A stretch of DNA of 64,000 bases from Perna viridis (taxonomy: Eukaryota): the NCBI GenBank assembly GCA_037379345.1, contig CM074516.1, forward strand, positions 47,777,626 to 47,841,625, read 5' to 3'. Every line of letters begins with the position of its first letter. The stretch's first letter is position 1. A program made the position numbers and the translations under genes. This document shows positions 1-9,970 of the stretch, piece after piece. The notes under the pieces are model-generated. The model was not told where the DNA came from and ran no database searches. It saw only the letters and a list, made by a program, of their open reading frames with translations.

Positions 1-1908
1 CAGATAAAGATATTTTTAAGTTTTATTAGCCGTAATAAATTAAAAATGTAATTTGCATAAGTACTCTAGTTGGTTTATAACATTTTGTATAAATTAATTA
101 AAACAATAAAACAAATAAACAATAAAATATTATGTGTAAACAGTTGTCTATTTCGTCGTAAGCTTTTATCATTTGTGGATTTAAGGTTAAGAGAAAGAAC
201 AATAAAAATAAGGAATAAGTTTTTTTCTTTTTTTTTTAAATTGTCTTTGATTGTATATTCTACTGAACAATTTAAAGAAATGTCTAAAAAGAATAATTGT
301 TGATTCGTTGGTTATCGTTCCATACAATTTCAATAAATATTTGCCTTTTATAATTGGCCAAACAATAACTATATGTCTAAATACACACTCTAAACACCAC
401 CGCGCTACCATTGATAGAGGTTAAAGTATTTCCCTTCTTTGTTGCTAGAGGAAACAGATAAATACTTTCACTCTTCAATTCACGAGAGCATTCACTTGGT
501 ATCCTTATTTTCTCTTTAAATGTTATTACTTCCTGATTGAAATCTTGATAGATAAATATTTTTAACATATGTCATTTGATAGTTTAGTACTTTACATACT
601 GACATAAGCCTAGGTAAGTATTTGCATATCCGTCACAAACAGTTAATCTTTTTTTAAGCACTTCATAACCATTACGATGAACTTTGATGCTCTTATTCGG
701 GATATACTCAACATTGTACCTACAATAAAATTATGAATTTCAGCAATTTTGCTAAACATTTTAATTACAAACAACATGAAAAAAGCAAGTGAAAAAAATA
801 AAGTCATGAAAAATATGTGGGGATTTAAAAGTATAGGTTTCAAGCAAACGAATTTATTGCGATCTTTTTTGTTCATGAACTATCTTAATTCTTACCATGT
901 GAATTACATTTATTACGTATTTTCATCCTCACTTTTTATTGATATTGGCTCTCCATAACTTTCTAAAAGTAACTAGATTTTATTCAAAAAGACAAAAACA
1001 CCTTCGAATACACGTCCATGTCACTGTTATGATAAAAGTCAGGCAATGCTTAATGAAATTGAATACCATAGATTTTTATATGAAATATTTTGATATTTTG
1101 CATTTAACACTTCGGTTCTCTACTCCTCGTATTTTTTTTTCAAAAAAAGACAAAGAAATCAGTTATTGTTCATAACGGAGGAATAACAGTATTGAAGAAA
1201 TCATTAAATGAGAAACATCCAAATACGCCGGTTTGTTTTGTTTTTTTTTTTATTATTATTATTTTGAAAAAAGTACGTGAACTAACGTATTTTCTATCAT
1301 GGCTTTTAAATAAAAAAAAATCGTCCAATTAGGGCCCAAATACACATGACTTTGGAATACACACTGTCTTCTCGACTGTCATGCATTTAACTTTAAAAAA
1401 ATCTTAAAATGAACGAAAAGAAGGAACATCTGTTAATATAAGCTTATAAAATTTGTCTCATTCATTTTTCGTTTTGTTTTCTTCTTTTTCCATTATGCCA
1501 AATTATTTTCATTTATTGTATTTTATTACCTTATGTTTTTACAAATCCAGACATAAAACAACCATGCCATCTCTCGTTCCGTTTTTGGACGTTTTTATTG
1601 AGTACTTTGCGAGCGTTTCAAAAGATTCTTCATCAGGTACCTGTATTGATAAACAATTAATACGTCTACACACATATAAATATATATGGATATATATTAA
1701 CATTTGTATATGCATGAGCAGTAAAGGAAAAAATGATTGCATTCCTTTTTTTGTTTTTGTTTTAATATTTATTTTTTAAATTCATCTATTTATTTTTGGC
1801 GGATAGTTTTTTGTTTGTTTGTTTGTTTGTTTGTTTGTTTGTTTTTTTTTTTTTTTGTGAGAATAATAAATAAGTGAACAATAGCCATGCTTAAAAGGTA
1901 AAAAGGAA

Positions 1909-2045
1909 TTACATACAAATAAAATATAAATAAAACGGAAAACATTAGAGAATATAGGCCCAAATTTTCGGTGTTACGGCCTTCATCAGGGACAAAAGAA
2001 TCGAGGAGAAAACTGATATCTGCCAACCAATGCCACAGGGAGAGA
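1909..2045 (-). mobile_element. Inverted pseudo-LTR copy of the same PLE family
   Basis: Reverse complement aligns with 2836-2983 (ctgtgg..ggttggcag..ccctgaYgaaggccgtaa..aaatttgggcc..tattct..atgtttt). Confidence 0.8.
1958..1993 (-). ncRNA. Minimal type I hammerhead ribozyme motif (second copy, stem II eroded)
   Basis: GUCC-CUGAUGA-A-GGCCGUAACACC-GAAA-AUUU-GGGC. Confidence 0.6.
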
Positions 2046-2059
2046 GGCTATCCGAACAA

Positions 2060-2983
2060 AGTTCAGGATCGAGCGACCAATTTCCTATATTAAGAGGGTA
2101 AAAACACGAGTGACTGTGTTCCTTTGGTCTTGACATATCATCCTTACAATGTTGCAATCCAGAATATCCTGATTCGCAACTTTAAATCCATAGTTCATAG
2201 AGAAGAATACATATCGTCAGCATTCAACGATTTGCTTCCAATTACTGTCTATAGAAAAGGAAAGTCTGAAAGCTCATATTGTTACGAGTTCTTTCAAGAT
2301 TGTCACTAGACGCCCCCTGCCAATTACAAAGGTACACGGCACTGTAGGCGACCACGCTGTTCGACTTTCACTTGGAAAACTGACGAGGTCGTCGGGCCAG
2401 CCAACGTCTTTAAGTTAAAGATGGTTTCACCTGTACCTCAGAAAATGTCGTTTACGCTGTGGTTTTCAAACCTCGTGGGCGAGACCTATCGGAGGTTGGG
2501 TGATCGTTTTGTAGAATAAAAACAAAGCGTCACCAATAGATATGATTGTCAAGTCGGTGAACATTTTCGGGAGGCATACCACAGTGTTTACGACATGAAA
2601 GTAACACTCCTTTTGGAAACATGTTCAGACGTAAAACAACATAAGTTGTAGAACAGCGTATTATCGGCTTTCTTGGGACTGCCCACCCCTTTGGAATGAA
2701 TTTCAAAACCTTAATTTTTTAGTCAGCATAACCCGGTTATCAATTGCTTTTCGTCAGCTTACATACAATTTTATACTTTTTCATCTTGAAATTGACGCAT
2801 CTTCACAATGATCAAGATCGATTTTGAAGGACACGTTGTCTCTGTGGTATGGGTTGGCAGTTGCACATGGTTCATACAGTTTTCTTCTCAATACTTTTTG
2901 CCCCTGACGAAGGCCGTAAGGCTAGAAATTTGGGCCCATATTCTTTCATGTTTTACGTTTTATCTATATTTTATGTGTGTGTA
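2060..2983 (+). mobile_element. Degenerate Penelope-like retroelement 3' part: linker, Cys knuckle, GIY-YIG endonuclease, pseudo-LTR
   Basis: Frameshifted translation VPLVLTYHPYNVAIQNILIRNF...GTRHCRRPRCST...FTCTSENVVYAV...VGETYRRLGDRFVE...QVGEHF...HSVYDMKV...EQRIIGFLGTAHPFGMN matches the PLE C-terminal GIY-YIG pattern; followed by a hammerhead-bearing noncoding repeat. Confidence 0.85.
2900..2935 (+). ncRNA. Minimal type I hammerhead ribozyme motif (PLE-associated, possibly degenerate)
   Basis: GCCC-CUGACGA-A-GGCC(GUAA)GGCU-A-GAAA-UUU-GGGC: stem I, catalytic core CUGANGA/GAAA, stem II. Confidence 0.65.
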
Positions 2984-3101
2984 GTCCAGATAATTGATTC
3001 GTATCAATTCATAATTTTTGTTTACCTTTTTATTACGATTAAACATCGAGTTCCTATTGGCATTATCAATGGCCATAGGTCTCTATATAGTTTTTTTCTG
3101 A

Positions 3102-3591
3102 CAACTCATACGTTATGCCAGAGCTTGCCGAAACTATGCAGACTTTTTGTATCGAGCTAGAACTCTAACAAATAGGCTTCTGGCACAGGGTTATGTTGCT
3201 ACAAAATTGAAGTCATCACTACAGAAGTTTTATGGTCGTCATCATGAACTCGTGGATCGTTATGGTGTATCCATCTGCACCATGAAAACTGATTTATTCA
3301 ACGATTCATAGTTTTCCTTTCCTCGTGTGGGTATCCCGGTCTGGACTTTTTATGAACAACTCGGTGGGTGTTTCTAGAAAAGCAGAGGACGCTTACCCTA
3401 CCGGTGCACCTGGTCCATGCTCCCAGTTTTTAGTGGAGTCCGAGTTGCTCATTTGCTTTTGTTACTTTGTATGTATGATTTTAGTAACTTCATGTTCTTT
3501 GTTGTGTATGTCTGTTTTCCATGTCTGGTCTTTGTCCTGGATTACATTCTTTAGATTACCACTATAACCTTGGTTCTCTTGATTGCTCTTT
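3102..3591 (+). mobile_element. 5'-truncated Naiad-like PLE: RT thumb C-terminus plus 3' noncoding terminus (copy 1)
   Basis: 3102-3311 reads [69 protein letters not shown]; RT ends without a C-terminal endonuclease; close copy at 38686-39117. Confidence 0.8.
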
Positions 3592-4106
3592 AAAAGGTTT
3601 ACGGTAACGATTAAATATAATCAAATCTTCAAAAAGCAAAGGGATCAGGTCTTTATAGAGAACAAACGCATTTTGAATTTCTTGACGTGTCGGGAACCGT
3701 TTCTTATTCAATAATAATATCATGACAAAACGAGTGTTTGGAAAATTGAATAATTTTACTTATGCAGTAACTTTATTTCTTCATTTATTTGACTTTACTA
3801 ACACTATAAACCTTCCGTCACAACACGATTTCACGTGCAGAGTTTGATCGCTTTACAAAAAGTTGGATTACGTTTCAATACGTTACCGTACGTGCTTGCA
3901 AACAGCTACCAAGGTTACTGTTCTTGATTAAATGACTGTATGTGTTTTACAATTTTTATCAGTTTGCTTGTTCTTTTTTTTTTCGTGAAATAAAAACACC
4001 ATTTAAAAAACGGAAAATCAGTATAAGTCTAACAGCGTTTCTCTTTTAATAACGGAAAACAGCATACACTTCAATACTAACTGTTTCATGTAGACAAATA
4101 AAAGAG

Positions 4107-4316
4107 CCCCGTGCAGGTCCGGGTGTTAAAAGAATAGGCCTGCTGCAGCGCTAAGCTTGTCGTAAAAGGCGACTAAATAGTGCTCAGAAGCCTAGCCGGC
4201 GGCTAGGGCGCTCTGCCCACAGAGCAACTGGGATGTGTGCCCCAGGTGGTGGAATGGGGTACCCCTGGCGTGTTACATGCTGGGGTTGTCAGGCTATAAT
4301 ACCGGTATAGACAGAC
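4107..4316 (+). other. GC-rich, multi-hairpin interspersed element (SINE head or non-LTR 5'UTR-like structured RNA)
   Basis: Consecutive stems GCAGGTC/GGCCTGC, AGCGCTA/TAGTGCT enclosing GTCG/CGAC, CCTAGCC/GGCTAGG, GCTCTG/CAGAGC and CTGGG/CCCAG in an AT-rich background. Confidence 0.55.
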
Positions 4317-5766
4317 CTTTCGAAATTCTCGAAAATAAATCAAATCATACGTCGTTTGAAAATCGGATAAGGTCGCCTAAAATCATTCACTTTTTCCCGA
4401 CTTTGCATTTTCTTATAAGGCAGGCTGCAGCGTCTAGAGTCAGTTTTGAAAGTCAGATGGTGTATCAGAGCTTGGGTCAATTAAAGCTTTTATCACTGTA
4501 GGATATGATTAAGATCTAAAATACACGACTTAGAAAGAAAACAACCATTGTACCCATTTTTAATTCATGAATCACTTAGTTTGCATGATTCTTACATGGA
4601 CTGATACCTAACTACATCAAAATAGAAATCTTTATTGAAAAAAAGATTCATAAAAGGGGACGTCCCTATGATTCTGGTATATTCTTTAAAAGATTCGTGT
4701 ACCACCTCTATTCTAATGTGTCAATAATTACAATAGTATAATATGGTCACAACCCTCGAAATAAAGGCCCCGATAATAGACATTTATCTGAGGTTTTGTT
4801 TTATCTCCATTCAAAATCACGAGCATTTTTTTTAAATTTCGTTAGAACTATGTGTATTTTTAAAATATAGTAATTATTTTTGAAGTGACAATAACACGAT
4901 CATACATTTGAATACAATATTATAGTTTAGAAATATAATTGTGAGAATTTCATTTCGTGCATGCCAAGTAATTATGATTGAGCACAACAAGCGATCCCTT
5001 TGCGTCATGCTTGAATGCTTTATGTGGCGATAGGTAGTCATACGTTGATAGGTAGAGATACGTAATGTCAAAATGCTATTGTTCTCTAATATACGAATGA
5101 CTGAATCTTATAATAATATTCTCTGTACGTTTTTCTTACTTTTCTACTGCTTTTGTTTGGTATTTTGTTTCATTCGTTGTTTTATATGATTGGGATTCTG
5201 ATATTTGGTTGTATTCGACGTCGTCTGCAGTGTTCTTTGACTTGTTATCAACAAAGTTTCAGTCGTTTTGTTCTGAGTTGTGTGAATTGTTTGCAAAATT
5301 CGTTTTTTTATTATATGAATACATGGATACGATATGTCATGTCAGTTGTGGATTGTTTCAATTTGTCTAATGATGGATGTGTAAAAGTAAAAGCACAGCG
5401 TAAAATTTCAACAACATTAATTAGATTTAATCGTATATTTGGTCAAGTAATTGTTATGTAATATGAAAGTGATTGAACCTATCTCTGATAACCCATAGTT
5501 TCTTTATAACATCATATGTAACGAAATAACACGTCTTGAAGAGATTTTTCACAAATGTGTCTAATTCTTTTCGAGTTTTTATCAAATATTCGAGGAATTA
5601 AGGTTTCAGAGAAATATGTTATTTTCGGTCTTATCCTTAGACGTAAATTTTGTAAAAATAAGTCTGGTGTTTTCTACTATCTATGTTTCTTATAAAAATT
5701 ATGAATATTCCTCTTCTGATTTGATACTTTATAGTCTTTATATAAGTGTAACTGTGTCTGTCTCAC

Positions 5767-6245
5767 GATTATCCATGTGGACTTCGAGCATACTTCTCGT
5801 TTTTATCCATGTCTCTTCGGAGCTTTCCTTTTACTACTATCCATGTACCTTTGGAGCTTTCTTCTGATTATAATCCATGTCTATTTGGAGCTTTCTTCTG
5901 ACTATAATCCATGTCCCTTTGGAGCTTTCTTCTGACTATAATCCATGTCCCTTTGAAGCTTTCTTCTGATTATAATCCATGTCCATTTGGAGTTTTCTTC
6001 TGACTATAATCCATGTCCATTTGGAGCTTTCTTCTGACTGTAATCCATGTCCCTTTGAAGCTTTCTTCTGACTATAATCCATGTCCCTTTGAAGCTTTCT
6101 TCTCGTTATTATCCATGTCCTTTTGGAGTGTTTTCTTATTATTATCCATGTCCCTTTGTAGCTTTCTTCTCACTTAACATTATTATTCATGTCAACTTGG
6201 ATCTTTCATCTCATTATTATCCATGTCCCTTTGGATCTTTCTTCA
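5767..6245 (+). repeat. 34-bp minisatellite, ~14 copies, eroded at both ends
   Basis: Unit taatccatgtccctttggagctttcttctgacta. Confidence 0.92.
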
Positions 6246-6842
6246 CTAAAATATTGTTGAATCCTTGTTTCGGATTTTTAAATTTCACAATAATTTTATG
6301 TTCAGCGGGATAGTTTTGTGATTTACAATTGATCGTTTAATTGTTAAATCTGCAAGAGATGATACAGACCCTTTGTGTATTTACTGAAAAAAAAACTGCG
6401 TTTAATTGCTACGCAAATAAATACTGCTTCACAGACAGTGGTGATGCATCACAAAGCAATTCAAAGTCAATGGGAATACGTTATATTATTAATTCTGTTT
6501 TTATACTTTTTGACTAGTAATAGTTCATTAAAATTTTGCTACAATCTTGGTTCCCTTAAACGTAAATGGTCGCCTCTCGTTAATTTTACGACCTATTTTG
6601 GTTGTGGTTCCCTAACAATTCAAAAGATTTGTGCCATTGTTTTCTTCTTTTGTTTATCGGACATAATTTACATAACTTGTTGGGTGCTTTAACTTTTGCG
6701 TCTGGTAGTTTTCTTTTTGTGTTGTTTTGTCTTGTGTTTTACATTGTATTTCATTTTGTTCGTATCCTTTTACAAATGTTGCTAAACGAAATATTCATCA
6801 TTAAATTTATGACGTGTTCTCTTGAAATAATCTCAGTTTGAG

Positions 6843-7195
6843 GGATTACCTAAATTGAATCTACCCAAATGAACTTTGAAATTAAAGAGCCATGTACATG
6901 ACGTTTGAAATCGAAACGTTATGACAAACGTAATGATTGTGACTTCCTAATGGTAAACTTTCCCTTTCTTAGTGGGAATATACAAACATCTCCAGTCTAT
7001 GGAGTATTCAATTCACTGTTGTTCAGTAACTGTTAAGCCTGTGATCTGTACACGGACTTTCTCTGCAGAGCACGGATATTGTTGTATAAACTTCTCAATC
7101 AGCCTTATTTAATACCATCACTGCAGAAGTTTTGTGGTCTTCACCATAGTTCAATTGACTGATATGAAGTTTCTATCGAACAAATGAGATATTTT
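6843..7195 (+). mobile_element. Old Naiad-like PLE RT remnant
   Basis: Degenerate IYPNEL...YDKRNDCDFLMVNFPFLSGNIQTSPVYGVF...ACDLYTDFL..RAR...KLLNQ...SLQKFCGLHH. Confidence 0.75.
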
Positions 7196-7944
7196 CCATT
7201 AGATTCCACGTCTTCCGGTATTGACAATCTACAATACTTGATACCTACTAGCTTAAGTGGTGTAGCTCATTTGTCATAAGTGTATTGGAGCAAGTCAAAG
7301 GATTCAATACAGCATCTTTTTTTTCAAATGCAGTTACACTACCATCATGTGATGACAATGAAGTAACACAAAGATACATTTCTTTTCCTTTGAAATCTTC
7401 TATTAAATTCTTGACATGACATTATTTTTTCGCATTAATTATTGCTATGTTTTATTAAGGTCAAGATGAAATAATGCTCTGGCGTTTTTTATCAATTTAG
7501 TTGATATTATTTTATGATGATATTTGATTACTTTTAGTTAAATTGTCTACTTTGATAATTCTACACTTTTTCCGAATTAGTTACTATATTTTACATCATG
7601 AAACTTTGTTTAATTAAATGATATCGCCCAAATGTGATTTTTCATGGGTCACTTTATAACTCGTTTCGGTGGCTGCATTTTTGTTGCTAGACTCAACCGG
7701 ATTACACTCACTTGCAATATGACGGGTGCCGCTTGTGGAAGACATGCTTACCTTTCAGGTGCACATGATGTCACTCCCGTTTTTTTTTTTTTTTTTTTTT
7801 TTTTCGTTATCTTCAGTTTCATATGTAATCTAATTTTATTTTATTCGCTTCATTATGTATGTGGATTGTCTTTGTTTTCTGTTTTCACGTTCTAGTCTAG
7901 CATTTGCTTTTTGACGTATTTGAATTGTTCGCGGTTAGGTTTTT

Positions 7945-8490
7945 TTTCGATATTTATTAAAGTATTTGAAGGACATGTGTTCCACCAGACCAATTGGAAA
8001 CACCAATTGAAATTGTGGAAATAAAATGTGTGCCAATTTTACAAGGTTTCTGAAGAAAAAAGACAAGCGACTAACCTAGAACTTCAATTCCAGTTTTTGT
8101 ATACAGATGATGCATTATCTTATTATTCTTTTGATTACCGCTATAACCTTGGTTCCCTTGATTACTCTCTCTCAATAAAACTAATTTTAAAGATTACTTA
8201 TATCAATGAACTTGTTGCATATGAAAAGACAATACACTTATACACCTTCTTCTGATTGTTACTTATACCTTAACATTTAATGCGATGATACGCTGAAGAT
8301 AGAAAATCGAATAACTAATCGACAGTAAACATACCTTTTCTTAGTAGCAATATGTGGCATACATTTCACAGTTGGTTCATTACTTATACACTGACGTTAT
8401 TCATAGTGCGAGGGTGCTGTCAAATAAGCTTCTAAAACAGGGATGTGTAATGCCTTTATCGATATCATTACTAAAGAAATGGTATACTAG
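7945..8490 (+). mobile_element. Old Naiad-like PLE RT core remnant, interrupted by a 3'-end fragment (8124-8170)
   Basis: Degenerate ...LKKKDKRL..NSSF.YTDDALS (YxDD motif) ... PFLSSN..AYISQLVHY..ARVLSNKLLKQG. Confidence 0.65.
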
Positions 8491-9627
8491 TACTCTAAAC
8501 ATTGTGAATATCTATCTATATCTCACAGTTGAGACACGCTCAGTCTCTAAAAGACAATTATCGAACTTGAATCCGGATTTTTGAAAATCAATTTATTGTA
8601 TTTTCGGTTTAATTTTTATTTTTTACAATTTCATGGTATATTCTTATGTTTGTCTACATTGTGTTTGTTTTATGGTTTAGCATTCTCGCCATATATTTGA
8701 ATTTTGATGTCTCTGAATTGTCCTGATGAATGGAAAAATGAACATATGTGTTGATGTAATTATGCAGTTCATAAAACCAAAATTATGTATTCATTCGATT
8801 TTTTTTTCGAAAAGGAATTATATAAGATGGAACAAAAACAATTAATCAAATATTGAGCAAACATCGACAATATGTGACTCATTTGTGATTTTTTAGTGGC
8901 AAAAGCCCTCATTGTCAATTAGTGTTCTGAAAAATGCATGAACATTATTAAAGGACGTGTAGTTTATCGACAAATCGTTTTCTTTCACAAAAAGTCTATA
9001 ATATGAATATGAACAAGTCATATGAGTCCCTCGAATTATTTCCTTCTTTAAAAGAAACTGATCTGAAAAAAGTACTAACTTATATGTAAAAATAATCAAT
9101 AAGATTCTAGCAGAAATCAAAATCGAACTGTGTCTGCATCGAGTCAAAATTCAAATGTTGTGAATTTATAATCTAAATAAAAATAAATATATGATAATCA
9201 GAACTACACTATATATTTACCGAAGCCTAAAAAGGTAAGAACTGTCCACTCTCCTTACTAATTCAACAATACTTGTATATGTACCTATCTAGTCCTCGTT
9301 GTGTCTGGGGCACTAGGATAGTGGGTACAAACTGGAGCTTTTCTCCAATTTCCAATTCGGCCCTTAATATTCATCTAACACTTGTTTCGCCCAAGGGTAC
9401 AAATATGGTAAGTGCTATATGCTAACTATTATGTGCTAAAATATAATACTCGCTTTTTGGGTTTTTTCAAGTTTAAACAATTCCATTCGTATTTTGCAGT
9501 TTTTCTGTTGCACTAAGACGCCATTAGAATAATTTTATGGTTCACATAATTCAATTAAAAACGAATAACATAAAAAAATATGAATGCTATCGACAATAAT
9601 TTCCTCTTTCGTTCACAAACCATTTTT

Positions 9628-9666
9628 TTCTTCTTCTTCTTCTTCTTCTTCTTCTTCTTCTTCTTC
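9628..9666 (+). repeat. (TTC)n microsatellite
   Basis: ~13 units, ~300 bp upstream of the TLR start. Confidence 0.95.
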
Positions 9667-9970
9667 TGCACGAATGACCTAAAATTGTATAAATATGATG
9701 TGAGGAAGTTAGTATTTTTTTCCATTTTTTTGCCCTTTATTCTGTGAAGAGATCAATGTTCATGTCCGTGTATACTTATATGCTATTATAATTTCAGTCT
9801 ATTTTATGATGATTTAATAGTGGATTTTGGTCTTAAGTATTCAGAATATCTGTTATTTCCGAATATCTGTTATATTTTTTAAAAATAAAGATGTGAAGAT
9901 GTGAATAATCAACAAGGACTTCAACAAGTATTTCTCTCGTGTTTATTGTATATCAACAACATGAAATCAT

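Noticed and set aside
3325-3567. Hydrophobic ORFs 3325-3567, 38849-39127 and 38941-39165
   Set aside because: They lie in the T-rich noncoding 3' part of the Naiad-like repeat, downstream of the RT stop codon.
4155-4230. Call as a bona fide pistol or HDV-like ribozyme
   Set aside because: The pistol pseudoknot would be only 3-4 bp and the GCG/GU elements are misplaced; the HDV nested double-pseudoknot order is absent. Kept only as an unclassified structure.
7715-7775. SECIS element in a Naiad-like 3' region (ATGA...TGAT)
   Set aside because: Spacing from AUGA to the AA is about 16 nt rather than 11-12, and helix II is poor; the related copies lack the core. Not supportable without SECISearch.
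9230-9800. Possible 5'UTR exon/intron of the TLR (gtaaga ~9235, gtaagt ~9408, tttcag ~9797)
   Set aside because: Splice-like motifs alone are common in AT-rich DNA, and no transcript evidence is available.
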